DNA from: Candidatus Multivorans sp.
GTDB taxonomy: Bacteria > Acidobacteriota > Thermoanaerobaculia > Multivoradales > Multivoraceae
DNA length: 64,000 nucleotides
Assembly (NCBI GenBank): GCA_965224025.1
Contig: OZ245033.1
Span: forward strand, 896,001 to 960,000
Direction: 5' to 3'
In this document: one piece after another, positions 37,486 through 47,847 of the stretch
Numbering within the stretch: the first letter of the stretch is position 1
How the letters are laid out: every line of letters starts with the position of its first letter
Notes under the pieces: model-generated
Databases searched by the model: none
Seen by the model: only the letters and a program-made list of their open reading frames with translations
Told to the model about the DNA's origin: nothing
Made by a program: the position numbers and the translations under genes

Positions 37486-37607
37486 GAAGGATCACGATCA
37501 TTGCTTCGTCCGACTCCACCGCGTCGTCCATCAGGGCAGACGATCGTGATCTATCCCCGTCATCACAGCCCAGGAAATCGCAGCCCAGGAAAGGAGACAC
37601 TCCACAG

Positions 37608-38075
37608 ATGACCGTGTCCATACAACTCGAAGTCAACGGGAAGCCGGTACAGGCCGAGGTCGAGCCGCGGCGCCTGCTGGTCCACTTCCTGCGGGAGGAC
37701 CTGGGCCTGACCGGGGCCAACATCGGCTGCGAAACGAGTCTCTGCGGCGCTTGCACGGTGCTGGTCGACGGCAGCGCGGTCAAGTCCTGCACCATGCTTG
37801 CGGCGCAGGCCGACGGCGCCGCCGTGACCACGATCGAAGGGCTGGCCCAGAACGGCGAACTGCATCCTCTGCAGGACGGCTTCTGGGAGAAGCACGGCCT
37901 GCAGTGCGGCTACTGCACGCCGGGCATGATCCTGTCCGCGCACTACCTGCTGGCGCAGAACCCGAGCCCGAGCGACGAGGAGATCCGCGAAGGGCTGAAG
38001 GGCAACATCTGCCGTTGCACCGGGTACCACAACATCGTGGAGGCCGTGAAGTACGCCGCCGAGAGAATGAGCTGA
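37608..38075 (+). CDS. coxS: Molybdenum hydroxylase 2Fe-2S subunit
   Basis: [20 protein letters not shown] and NICRCTGY motifs. Confidence 0.9.
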   Translation: MTVSIQLEVNGKPVQAEVEPRRLLVHFLREDLGLTGANIGCETSLCGACTVLVDGSAVKSCTMLAAQADGAAVTTIEGLAQNGELHPLQDGFWEKHGLQCGYCTPGMILSAHYLLAQNPSPSDEEIREGLKGNICRCTGYHNIVEAVKYAAERMS

Positions 38076-38076
38076 G

Positions 38077-40431
38077 ATGGCGGGCGTACTCGGTACTTCG
38101 ATCAAGCGCCGGGAGGACCCGGCACTCATCACCGGCCGCGGCAAGTACACCGACGACCTGAACGCCCCCGGCATGGCGCATGCCGCGATCGTGCGCAGCC
38201 CCTACGCTCACGCCCGCATCCGCGGCATCGACGCCTCCGCCGCCGAGGCGCTGCCCGGCGTCCTCGCCGTGCTCACGGCGCGCGATGTCGCCGCGGCCGG
38301 CATTCCCGGCGTGGTGCCCGTGGGCTGGCTCCTGCCCGACCTGAAGACGCCCGCCCACCCGATGATCGCGGCCGACACCGTCCGCCACGTCGGCGACGCG
38401 GTGGCCGTGGTCGTCGCCGAGGACCGCTACATCGCCCGCGACGCCGCCGAACGGGTCGCGGTCGACTACGAACCGCTCGACGCGGTCGCCGACGTGGTCG
38501 CCGCGCTCGAGGACGGAGCGCCCGCGGTCCACGACGACGCGCCCGGCAACGTCGCCTTCGACTGGGAGATCGGCGACAAGGATGCGGTCGACGCCGCCTT
38601 CGCGCAGGCCGCCCACACGGTGGAGCTCGATCTCCGCAACAACCGCCTGATCCCCCACGCGATCGAAGCGCGCGCGGTGCTCGCCTCCTACGACTCGTCG
38701 ACCGGCGACATGACGATCCACATGACGACCCAGAACCCGCACGTCCATCGCCTGCTGATGACGCTCGCGTCGCTCGGCATGCCCGAGCACAAGGTGCGCA
38801 TCGTCGCGCCCGAGGTCGGCGGCGGCTTCGGCAGCAAGATCCACCACTACGCCGACGAGGCAATCGTGGGCCTGTGCTCGATGAAGCTCGACCGGCCGGT
38901 CAAGTGGGCCGCGACGCGCACGGAAACAAACCTCACCGACGCGCACGGCCGCGACCATGCGACCCACTGCGCGATGGCGCTCGACGGCGACGGCCGCGTC
39001 ACCGGCCTGCGAGTCGACACCAAGGCCGCCATGGGCGCCTACCTTTCGACCTTCGCGCCGGCCGTGCCGACCTACCTCTACGGCACCCTGATGTCCGGCC
39101 AGTACGACATCCCGGCCATCCACTGCCACGTGACCGGCGTCTTCACCAACACCGCGCCGGTCGACGCCTACCGCGGCGCCGGACGCCCGGAAGCCACCTT
39201 CGTCGTCGAGCGGCTGATGCATCTCGCCGGCGACGCGACCGGGCTCGGCCCGATCGAGGTTCGCAAGCGGAACTTCGTGCCGCCGGACGCCTTCCCGTAC
39301 CAGACCCAGGTCGCGCTCGCGTACGATTCGGGGAACTACGCGCCGGCGATGGACCGCGCGCTCGAGATGATCGGCTACGACGACCTCCGCCGCGAGCAGG
39401 CGTCGCGCCGCGCCAACGGCGGCGGCCGCAGGCAGCTCGGGATCGGCTTCTCGTCCTACATCGAAGCCTGCGGTCTCGCGCCTTCGGCCGTCGTCGGCTC
39501 GCTCGGCGCCCAGGCCGGGCAGTGGGAGAGCGCCGACGTGCGCGTCCACCCCACCGGTTCCGTCACCGTCTACACCGGCTCCTCGTCCCACGGACAGGGG
39601 CACGAGACGACCTTCTCCCAGATCGTCGCCGACCGGCTCGGCGTCGCTCCGGAGGCCGTCGAGGTCATCCACGGCGACACCGACCTGGTCCAGTTCGGCA
39701 TGGGCACGTACGGCAGCCGCAGCGCCGCCGTCGGCGGTTCGGCCATCGCGGGAAGCGTCGACAAGATCATCGAGAAGGGCAAGAAGATCGCCGCCCACCT
39801 GCTCGAGGCATCCGCCGAGGATCTCGAGTACGAGGACGGCAGCTTCCGCGTCGCCGGTTCGCCGGACCGCGCGCTCGGACTCGGGGACGTGGCGCTCCAG
39901 GCGTACCTGGCGCACAACTACCCCGACGACCTGGAGCCGGGCCTGTCCGCAACCACGTTCTACGACCCGGCCAACTTCACCTACCCGTTCGGCACCCACG
40001 TCTGCGTCGCCCTTGTCGACACGGAGACCGGCGCCATCGAACTGTTGCGCTACGCGGCGGTCGACGACGTCGGCAACGTGATCAACCCGATGATCGTCGA
40101 CGGGCAGCTCCACGGGGGGTTGGCCCAGGGCATCGGCCAGGCGCTGTGGGAGAACGCGGTCTACGACGAGAGCGGGCAACTCGTGACGGGCTCGTTGATG
40201 GACTACGCGCTGCCCAAGATCCACAACCTGATCCAGTTTGAACTCGACCGCACGACGACGCCCTGCCCGCACAACCCGCTGGGCGTCAAGGGCGTCGGCG
40301 AAGCCGGCGCGATCGCTTCGCCGCCGGCCGTGGTCAACGCCGTCGTCGACGCGCTGGCGCCGTTCGGCGTCACTCACATCGACATGCCGCTCACGCCCGA
40401 GAAGGTGTGGCGTGCCGTGAACGCCGGATAG
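38077..40431 (+). CDS. coxL: Molybdenum hydroxylase large subunit, form-II CoxL-like
   Basis: AYRGAGR active-site loop (form II, not AYxCSFR); VGGGFGSK and KGVGEAG motifs. Confidence 0.88.
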   Translation: MAGVLGTSIKRREDPALITGRGKYTDDLNAPGMAHAAIVRSPYAHARIRGIDASAAEALPGVLAVLTARDVAAAGIPGVVPVGWLLPDLKTPAHPMIAADTVRHVGDAVAVVVAEDRYIARDAAERVAVDYEPLDAVADVVAALEDGAPAVHDDAPGNVAFDWEIGDKDAVDAAFAQAAHTVELDLRNNRLIPHAIEARAVLASYDSSTGDMTIHMTTQNPHVHRLLMTLASLGMPEHKVRIVAPEVGGGFGSKIHHYADEAIVGLCSMKLDRPVKWAATRTETNLTDAHGRDHATHCAMALDGDGRVTGLRVDTKAAMGAYLSTFAPAVPTYLYGTLMSGQYDIPAIHCHVTGVFTNTAPVDAYRGAGRPEATFVVERLMHLAGDATGLGPIEVRKRNFVPPDAFPYQTQVALAYDSGNYAPAMDRALEMIGYDDLRREQASRRANGGGRRQLGIGFSSYIEACGLAPSAVVGSLGAQAGQWESADVRVHPTGSVTVYTGSSSHGQGHETTFSQIVADRLGVAPEAVEVIHGDTDLVQFGMGTYGSRSAAVGGSAIAGSVDKIIEKGKKIAAHLLEASAEDLEYEDGSFRVAGSPDRALGLGDVALQAYLAHNYPDDLEPGLSATTFYDPANFTYPFGTHVCVALVDTETGAIELLRYAAVDDVGNVINPMIVDGQLHGGLAQGIGQALWENAVYDESGQLVTGSLMDYALPKIHNLIQFELDRTTTPCPHNPLGVKGVGEAGAIASPPAVVNAVVDALAPFGVTHIDMPLTPEKVWRAVNAG

Positions 40432-40493
40432 TCCTCAAACCGTCTACAATCTCCCAGCCAAACAAGCAAGGCCGCCGAATCAGGAGCACCGAT

Positions 40494-41342
40494 ATGTACC
40501 CAGCCCAATTCGACTACCGCCGCGCCGGATCGGTCGCCGAAGCGCTCGGCCTGCTGCAGGAGCACGAAGACGCGAAGCTGATGGCCGGCGGCCACAGCCT
40601 GATCCCGATGATGAAGCTGCGCCTCGCGCAGCCACCCGTCGTCATCGACATCGGCCGCCTCGATGAGTTGAAGGGAATCTCCGAGGCCGGCGTCAGCATC
40701 CGCGTCGGCTCCCTGACCACCCACGCTGACATCGCGGCCTCCGAAATCCTCGCCGCGTCCTGCCCTGTCCTCGCCGAGGCCGCAGGCCACATCGGCGACG
40801 CGCAGGTCCGCAACCGCGGCACGATCGGCGGCAACATCGCCCACGCCGACCCGGGTTCCGACATCCCGCCCGTCCTCGTCCTCCTCGGCGCCGCCGTCCA
40901 CCTGCAGTCCCCCTCCGGCACCCGCTCCGTCGAAGCCTCTGACTTCTTCCAGGACCTCCTGATGACCGATGTCGGCGAAGACGAGATCCTCACCCACGTC
41001 GACGTCCCCGCCCAGGGCGCCGACACCGGCACCGCCTACCTCAAGTTCGAGCACCCCGCCTCCGGCTACGCCGTCGTCGGCGCAGCGGCTTCCGTCACCG
41101 TTCATCACGGCCGCTGCACCGCCGCCGCCCTCGTCGTCGGCGGCGTCGGCGCCATCCCGACCGCCGTCGACGTCTCAAGCCTCATCGGCAGCGACCTCTC
41201 GGACGACGCGATCGCCTCAGCCGCCTCCGGCCTCGACACCGAAGACCCCATCGGCGACATCTTCGCCTCCGGCGACTACCGCGTCCACGTCGGCAAGGTC
41301 TACGGCAAGCGCGCGTTGGCCGCGGCCCGCGACCGAGCTTAG
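40494..41342 (+). CDS. coxM: Molybdenum hydroxylase FAD subunit
   Basis: AGGHSLIPMMKLR and IGDAQVRNRGTIGGN motifs. Confidence 0.9.
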   Translation: MYPAQFDYRRAGSVAEALGLLQEHEDAKLMAGGHSLIPMMKLRLAQPPVVIDIGRLDELKGISEAGVSIRVGSLTTHADIAASEILAASCPVLAEAAGHIGDAQVRNRGTIGGNIAHADPGSDIPPVLVLLGAAVHLQSPSGTRSVEASDFFQDLLMTDVGEDEILTHVDVPAQGADTGTAYLKFEHPASGYAVVGAAASVTVHHGRCTAAALVVGGVGAIPTAVDVSSLIGSDLSDDAIASAASGLDTEDPIGDIFASGDYRVHVGKVYGKRALAAARDRA

Positions 41343-41636
41343 TCGGCCGCTTCGCGGCTACGGGGACCCACCCGCCTGGGGCGGGGCCGGTGGGAGGGGT
41401 CCCTCCACAGGCTGCACGGCGTTAACCTGCGACGTTCCCCAAGCTAGAGAGGAATCCACGTGGGTCCTGGAAAGCTCAAGCGCACCGACTTGAGAGTCGG
41501 CTGGAAGCACGAAGAGAACGACTTCACTCCGTGGCCGGAGGAGCACATTGACCTCCTGGCCGAGACGCTTGGCCTGGAAGACGATCTTGAAGTCGAAAGC
41601 AGAGAAGAGCCGATCGGACGCTACGGAGCGGACCTA

Positions 41637-42855
41637 GTGTCATGTCACATGTCCTATGTCGTATGAATTGTAGTAGGCTCGTTGCCGTTCAAGGACGGCA
41701 AGGAGGCTGGCATGAAGCGGTACGTGGTGGAGTTGGAGGTGCAGGAGCGCGAGGAGTTGGCGTCGATCACGCGCAAGGGTTCGCATCGGTCGCAGAAGGT
41801 AGTCAACGCCCTGATTCTGCTCAACTGCGACGAGGGCAAGCTCGACGGGCCTCGGACGACCGGCGAGACGATCGCCGGCGTCTTGCGGATCAGTGCGCGC
41901 AGGGTGGATCGGGTGAAGAAGCGGTTCGTGGAGGACGGTCTCGAGGCAGCGCTCGGGAATCGGCAGGGGCGTCGTCCCAAGTATCTGCGCAAGGCGGATG
42001 GCGAGTTCGAGGCGCGGCTGGTCGCGCTCAGTTGCGGCGACCCGCCCGAAGGACGTTCGCAGTGGTCGCTGCGTCTGTTGGCGGACCGTGCGGTGGAGCT
42101 CGGCTATATCGACAGCGTCTCGCACGAAACGGTGCGACGGGTGCTAAAGAGAACGCTCTCAAACCGTGGCGCCGCGTCGGCTGGGTGATTCCGCCGCAAT
42201 GCAACGCCGACTTCGCGGCAGGCATGGAGCGAGTGCTCGACGTCTATCGGCGTCCGTACGACGCACACTTCCCGGTGGTATGCATGGACGAAACGCCGCG
42301 GCAGTTGATCGCCGAAACACGCGCTCCCATCCCGCCGGCCCCTGGACGGGAGGTCCGCGAAGACTACGAGTACCGACGCTGCGGCACCTGCAACGTGTTC
42401 ATGGCGACCGAACCGCTGGCCGGGCGGCGTCTGACCAAGGTCACCGAGCGCAGGACCAAGACCGACTGGGCGCGTTTCCTGGAAGACATCGCCGGACAGC
42501 ATCCCGAGGCCGCCCGAATCACGCTCGTGATGGACAACCTCAACACGCACCGTCCCGGCGCGCTCTACGAAACCTTCGACCCGGCCCGGGCCAAGGCGCT
42601 GTGGGACCGCTTCGAGTTCGTCTACACCCCCAAGCACGGCAGTTGGCTCAACGTCGCCGAGGTCGAACTCAGCGTGATGATCCGCCAGTGCCTCAACCGC
42701 CGCATCGACTCCATCGACACACTGCGCGCCGAAGTCGCCGCCTGGGAGGCCGCCAGAGACCGGATCCGAGCCAAGGTCAACTGGCACTTCACTACCGACG
42801 ACGCACGTGTCAGGCTCAAACGCCTCTATCCGACTTTTGACGAGTGACACGACAC
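41637..42855 (+). mobile_element. IS630-family insertion sequence
   Basis: TA duplication (41635-36 and 42856-57) within CTAG; TIRs GTGTCATGTCAC / GTGTCGTGTCAC. Confidence 0.93.
41712..42847 (+). CDS. IS630 transposase (OrfA 41712-42188 plus OrfB, joined by a -1 frameshift near 42146)
   Basis: OrfA HTH (PP.GR.QWSLRLLA); OrfB VVCMDE, LVMDNLNTH and TPKHGSWLN.AE motifs. Confidence 0.9.
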
Positions 42856-43254
42856 TAGTCTGCTCGAGCCAAGCCGGCAAGGTCCTCATCGAGAATCAAC
42901 TCGGCGAGACCGATCATTCACACCTCGGACAGGTTCTCGCCTACGCGGCCGGGATCGAAGCCACCGTCATAGTCTGGGTGGCCGCCTCCTTTACCGAAGA
43001 ACATCGCGCTGCCATCGACTGGCTGAACAACATCACTGGCAGCCCCTGCCTGGGAAGAAGGCCTGCCGTATTGCACTCACGAAGGACCTCGATCCCAAAG
43101 ACGAGTCGATCTGGCCAGAGCAACACCGATGGCTCGCGGATCGCCTCGACCGAATGCACAAGGTTCTCGCCCCCCGAGTCAGGAATCTCTAACCCGTCCT
43201 GGAAAAGCAAGGTAACGGCGGGGACGCCTAAAGAAACTCGGGAGCTTCTGGCAC

Positions 43255-43470
43255 CCGACGCCCTCCAGCCTGCGCAGGGTCCGAAGGGGAGGGTCCCAGC
43301 GAGGCTGTCGGCAAGCGACGGCCCATGCCCCTCCAGAAACCGACGACCAACCGGAGCGCAGCCGACCGCAGCGAGCACCTACCTCCCATTCATCCGACAA
43401 GTGCGAGCGTCCGCTGGGACCCTCCCCTTCGGACCCGGAGAAGGCGGGTGCAGCCGACGCCGTCGCGCCC
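43255..43470. repeat. Dispersed ~215-bp repeat containing a 160-bp hairpin element (MITE/REPIN-like), copy 1
   Basis: Perfect 25-bp inverted arms at 43277-43301 and 43412-43436; homologous to 46328-46545. Confidence 0.85.
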
Positions 43471-43657
43471 GGCGACGGCACCACTGTCAATCCGATCCGG
43501 GCGGGCCACCGACGACCAGCGAGCTGCGGGTGAGGCGGCCTTAGAATGCCGCGTCGCACTCCGAACGCGGGTCCGTTCTCGTGTATGTCCGTAGTGCCCG
43601 CTCCCACGAGCAAGGCCGTCCTTGACGGACACGAACAGGGGATCATACGATCCCCAC

Positions 43658-44080
43658 ATGAACAAGCAGAGCGGGGGCAGAGACCAGATCGACCTCTCCG
43701 CGCTTGAGGAACCGACGTGCCCGTACTGCGAACAGCCAGCGACCACGACACTCGTGGACGACACATTCACTTATGGCTCAGGTGAAGACGCAGTGGAACT
43801 CCACGTCCGACTCCCGGTGAGACACTGCGAGGCCTGCGACTTCCACTTCATCGATCAGGTCGGCGAACGCATCCAGACCGAGGCGGTCTACCGCCACCAC
43901 GGCTTGCTGAGTCCCTGGGAGATCCGGGCGATCCGTGAGCGCCGGAAGCTGAGCCGTAAGGCCTTCGCCGAGATCACCGGCCTCGGCGAAGCAACGATCA
44001 AGCGCTGGGAAACCGGCGCCACCGCCCAGAACCGTGGGAACGACCGCTACTTGCGGCTGCTGAATGACGACTCCTGCTAG
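43658..44080 (+). CDS. MqsA-like zinc-finger/HTH antitoxin, 3'-truncated by IS1634
   Basis: CPYC..CEAC, GLLSP.EIRAIR and FAEITGLGEATIKRWETG motifs; the stop codon comes from the IS end, and the native tail SVLERLAAP.. lies at 46054-46110. Confidence 0.85.
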   Translation: MNKQSGGRDQIDLSALEEPTCPYCEQPATTTLVDDTFTYGSGEDAVELHVRLPVRHCEACDFHFIDQVGERIQTEAVYRHHGLLSPWEIRAIRERRKLSRKAFAEITGLGEATIKRWETGATAQNRGNDRYLRLLNDDSC

Positions 44081-44203
44081 TCCGAAGTTCTGAGGCTCCT
44101 GGGGCCTCCTCGTCGTCGAGAGGCGTTGCAGTGCTTGGGTTTTCGGGTGTTGGGCCGCCCCTGTTTTCCGCCATTGGTAGCCATGTAATGATCTCGTGGC
44201 ATG

Positions 44204-44232
44204 TAGACATTCTGAATGGTTTCGTCTACAAT
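44204..44232 (+). promoter_or_regulatory. Sigma70-like promoter of the IS1634 transposase
   Basis: TAGACA, 17-bp spacer, TACAAT, ending 8 bp before the ATG. Confidence 0.55.
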
Positions 44233-44240
44233 GAGAAGCC

Positions 44241-45959
44241 ATGTACATCGAACGGGTACCCAACCGAAACTCACCACCAGCCGTCCTGCTGAGAGAGTCC
44301 TACCGACAGGACGGAAAGGTCAAGAAACGCACTCTCGCCAACCTCTCCAAGTGGCCCGACCAACTCGTCGAAGGACTCAGAACCCTGCTCAAGGGAGGAG
44401 TCGCCCTGCCTTCGCTCGAGGCAGCCTTCGAGATCCTGCGCGCCAGACCGCACGGCCACGTCGCCGCCGTCCTCGGCGCGGCCCGAAGCCTCGGCCTCGA
44501 ACGGCTCCTCGATCGACGGCCCTCGCGCGAGCGGGCGCTGGCGCTGGCCATGATCGCGGCCCGCATCCTCGAGCCGCGATCCAAGCTCGCCACCGCCCGC
44601 GGACTCGCAAGCGAGACCATGAGCCACACCCTCGGCGAGGAACTCGGCGTGCAGGAGGCCTCGGCCGACGAACTCTACGGCGCCATGGACTGGCTGCTCG
44701 AAAGACAGCCGCGCATCGAGCGGACTCTTGCCCGGCGGCATCTGGAAGACGGCTCGCTGGTGCTCTGCGACGTGACCTCGGTCTACTTTGAGGGCAGGAA
44801 GTGCACGCTGGCCAGGCACGGCTACTCCAGGGACAAGAAGAGAGGCAAGGTCCAGATCGTCTTCGGCTTGCTCTGCAGCCGGGACGGATGCCCGGTCGCG
44901 GTCGAGGTATTCGAGGGCAACACGGCCGATCCGACGACCCTGAACGCCCAGGTGCAGAAGCTCCGCGACCGCTTCTCGCTGGAGAGGATCGTGATGATCT
45001 CAGACCGGGGCCTGATCACCGACGCGCGCATCCGCGAGGACCTCGACCCCGCGGGCCTGTCCTGGATCAGCGCCCTGCGCGCGCCGGCGATCAGGACGCT
45101 GGCCCAGGAAGGCCACCTGCAACTGTCGCTCTTCGACCAGCGGAAGATGGCCGAGATCAGGGTTCCGGAGCTGTACCCGAAGGAGCGCCTCGTGGTGTGC
45201 CGGAACCCGCTTCTGGCGGAGGAACGCGGCCGCAAGCGCCAGGAGCTTCTCGAAGCCACCGAGCGCAAGCTCGACGCCGTCGTTGCGGCGACGCGGCGCA
45301 AGAAGAACCCCCTGCGCGGCAAGGACGCCATCGCCGTGCGCGCGGACCGCGCCCGGGGCGCCTACAAGGTCGGCAAGCACTTCGAGGTCGAGATCGAAGA
45401 GGACGGCTTCCAATACCGCCGCAACGAGGCGCGCATCGCCGAGGAAGCCGCTCTCGACGGCTTCTACGTCATCCGCACCAACGTCCCCGAAGACGAACTG
45501 CCGGCAGCCGATGCGGTCCGCGCCTACAAGAGCCTCAGCCGCGTCGAACGCGCCTTCCGCTCCTTCAAGAGCGTCGACCTCAAAGTGCGCCCCGTCCACC
45601 ATCGCCTGGCCTCGAGGGTGCGCGCCCACGTCTTCCTCTGCATGCTCGCCTACTACGTCGAGTGGCACATGCGCCGGACCCTGGCGCCCATCCTCTTCGA
45701 CGACCAACGCCGCGACGACCAACGCGAGTCGCCAGTCGATCCCGCGCGCAGGTCGCCCGAGGCAATGGCCAAGGCCAACTCCCGGAGGACCCCCGACGGA
45801 CTCCCCGTCCACAGCTTCCAGACCTTGCTCGCCGACCTGGCCACGCTGACCCGAAACCGGGTGCGGATGCACGGCGACGCCGACTCCACAGCCGACGTCC
45901 TCGCACGGCCCACTCCACTCCAGAACGAAGCCTTCAAGCTACTCGGCATCCGCCCCTGA
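44241..45959 (+). CDS. IS1634 transposase
   Basis: LLRESYR..GKVK.RTLANLS, DVTSVYFEG, GYSRD, FEGNTAD, DRGLI and Y..L..VERAFR..K motifs. Confidence 0.95.
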   Translation: MYIERVPNRNSPPAVLLRESYRQDGKVKKRTLANLSKWPDQLVEGLRTLLKGGVALPSLEAAFEILRARPHGHVAAVLGAARSLGLERLLDRRPSRERALALAMIAARILEPRSKLATARGLASETMSHTLGEELGVQEASADELYGAMDWLLERQPRIERTLARRHLEDGSLVLCDVTSVYFEGRKCTLARHGYSRDKKRGKVQIVFGLLCSRDGCPVAVEVFEGNTADPTTLNAQVQKLRDRFSLERIVMISDRGLITDARIREDLDPAGLSWISALRAPAIRTLAQEGHLQLSLFDQRKMAEIRVPELYPKERLVVCRNPLLAEERGRKRQELLEATERKLDAVVAATRRKKNPLRGKDAIAVRADRARGAYKVGKHFEVEIEEDGFQYRRNEARIAEEAALDGFYVIRTNVPEDELPAADAVRAYKSLSRVERAFRSFKSVDLKVRPVHHRLASRVRAHVFLCMLAYYVEWHMRRTLAPILFDDQRRDDQRESPVDPARRSPEAMAKANSRRTPDGLPVHSFQTLLADLATLTRNRVRMHGDADSTADVLARPTPLQNEAFKLLGIRP

Positions 45960-46327
45960 AGCCGACGTACCCAGTACAAGACACCGCCGAACAACTGAAA
46001 ACGCCCACCACTACAGGCGATTCCACGACTTGAAGCTCAGAACTTCGGGCTAGTCCGTGCTTGAGCGGCTGGCCGCCCCGCGAAAAGCGAAGCTCGATCC
46101 CGTCGCGTAGCGGCAGCCGCAACGCGGCGGGGGCACTCTGCTCACGGCGTAAGGTGCCCGCCTCCGGCCGGCCCGTGTTCCTGGCCGCCTACGGCGGCAG
46201 CGGACCAGAAGGTCCGCGCACCCAGAGAACGGTCGCCGTTGCTTTGAGTTGCTCTACCCAACTGGAGGAGCATCCTCCTTGCTGGTGCTCCGGAACTGGA
46301 ACGCGCATCCGTCGGAGGTAATGGCCT

Positions 46328-46545
46328 CCGACGACCTCCAGCCGGCGCAGGGTCCGAAGGGGTCACGTCCCAGCGAGGCTGTCGGCAAGCGACGGCCCAT
46401 GCCCGCTCATGAACCGACACCCAACCTGAGCGCAGCCGACCGCAGCGAGCGCTGCCCTTCCATTCATCCGGTAAGCGCAAGCGGCCGCTGGGACCTGACC
46501 CCTTCGGGCCCGGAGCAGGCGGGTGCCACCGACGCCGCCACGCCA
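46328..46545. repeat. Hairpin element, copy 2 (same orientation as copy 1)
   Basis: Arms at 46350-46375 and 46486-46511, with compensatory changes relative to copy 1. Confidence 0.85.
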
Positions 46546-46614
46546 GCCCACCAGCCGACCCCCGCGACGTGGCGCAGCCGCGTCGCACCTGGCAGCCGTC
46601 CGGCTGCCTCGGAC

Positions 46615-47793
46615 TCAGTAGCTCCGCGGTAGCCCCAGGACGTGCTGGGCCAGGTACGTCAACACGAGGTTCGTCGAGATCGGCGCCGTCTGGAACAGCC
46701 GGCATTCGCGCCACTTGCGTTCGATGTCGTATTCCGTGGCGAAGGCGAAGCCGCCGAAGGTCTGGAAGCAGGTGTCGCCGGCGTTCCAGGCGGCTTCGGA
46801 GGCGAGGAGTTTGGCGCTGTTCGCTTCCGCGCCGCATTCGCGGCCGGCGTCGTAGAGGACGGCGGCCTTGCGGACGATCATTTCGGCGGCGTCGGTTTCG
46901 GCATGGGCTCGGGCGATCGGGAACTGGATGCCCTGGTTCTGGCCGATCGGTCGGCCGAAGACCTCGCGTTCGTTGGCGTACTCGACGGCGCGGCGGATGA
47001 AGTAGCGGGCGTCGCCGATCGCCTCGGAGGCGAGCAGGATGCGCTCGGCGTTCATGCCGCTCAGGATGTACTTGAAGCCGTGGCCCTCCTCGCCGATCCG
47101 GCTGCCGACCGGGATGCGCAGGTTGTCGAAGAAGACCTGGGTGGTGCCGTGGTTGATCATCGTGTCGATCGGCTGGATCTCCAGGCCGTTGCCGCGCGCC
47201 TCGCGCAGGTCGACGAGGAACACGGACAGGCCCCGTGAGCGCTTCTCGACCTGGTCCGCCGGCGTCGTCCGCGCGAGCAGGATCATCAGGTCGGAGTGGA
47301 GGGCGCGGCTGGTCCAGATCTTCTGGCCGTTCACGACGTAGGTGTCGCCGTCGCGGACCGCCGTGGTCCGGAGTTGAGTCGTGTCGGAGCCCGTCACCGG
47401 CTCGGTGACGCCGAACGCCTGCAGCCGCAGTTCGCCGCTTGCGATCTTCGGCAGGTACTGCTGCTTCTGTTCGTCGCTGCCGTGGCGCAGCACCGTGCCC
47501 ATCGTGTACATCTGGGCGTGGCAGGCGGCGGCGTTGCAGCCGCTCGAATGGATCGTCTCCAGGACCACGCTTGCCGCCCGCAGCGGCAGGCCGGAGCCGC
47601 CGTACTCCTCGGGAATCAGGCAGCCGAGGTACTCGTGCTCGGTCAGTGCCTGGACGAACTCCGTCGGGTACTCGGCGGCGGCGTCGAGACGCCGCCAGTA
47701 CTCGCCCGGGAACTGCTCGCAGATGCGGCGTACCGGATCGCGGAGGAAGGCGTAGTCGTCTTCGATCGAAACCTGGAGCTCGCTGTCGATCAT
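46615..47793 (-). CDS. Acyl-CoA dehydrogenase
   Basis: IPEEYGGSG, FGVTEP..GSD, NGQKIWTS, R.VFGRPI..NQG.QF and GG..FA.EY.IER motifs. Confidence 0.94.
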   Translation of the reverse strand: MIDSELQVSIEDDYAFLRDPVRRICEQFPGEYWRRLDAAAEYPTEFVQALTEHEYLGCLIPEEYGGSGLPLRAASVVLETIHSSGCNAAACHAQMYTMGTVLRHGSDEQKQQYLPKIASGELRLQAFGVTEPVTGSDTTQLRTTAVRDGDTYVVNGQKIWTSRALHSDLMILLARTTPADQVEKRSRGLSVFLVDLREARGNGLEIQPIDTMINHGTTQVFFDNLRIPVGSRIGEEGHGFKYILSGMNAERILLASEAIGDARYFIRRAVEYANEREVFGRPIGQNQGIQFPIARAHAETDAAEMIVRKAAVLYDAGRECGAEANSAKLLASEAAWNAGDTCFQTFGGFAFATEYDIERKWRECRLFQTAPISTNLVLTYLAQHVLGLPRSY

Positions 47794-47847
47794 GGCAGTT
47801 GATCGTAGCGCGGCCGCCGCCGGCGTCCGCGCACCGGGGACCCCTCG

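Larger units (their letters stand above)
41460..43192 (+). pseudogene. DUF4268-type NucS-like nuclease gene, interrupted by IS630 and internally deleted
   Basis: Removing the IS rejoins W.HE..DFTPW..GRYGADL|VC..VLIENQL..TDHSHLGQ..YAAG; a C-terminal remnant KKACRI..WPEQHRWL..RVRNL* follows in another frame. Confidence 0.8.
44077..46053 (+). mobile_element. IS1634-family insertion sequence
   Basis: TIRs CTAGTCCGAAGTTCTGAG / CTAGCCCGAAGTTCTGAG; flanks TCCTG and TCCGTG (imperfect duplication). Confidence 0.9.

Noticed and set aside
38077-40431. Bona fide aerobic CO dehydrogenase (form I)
   Set aside because: The active-site loop is AYRGAGR, not AYxCSFR, and the gene order is not M-S-L.
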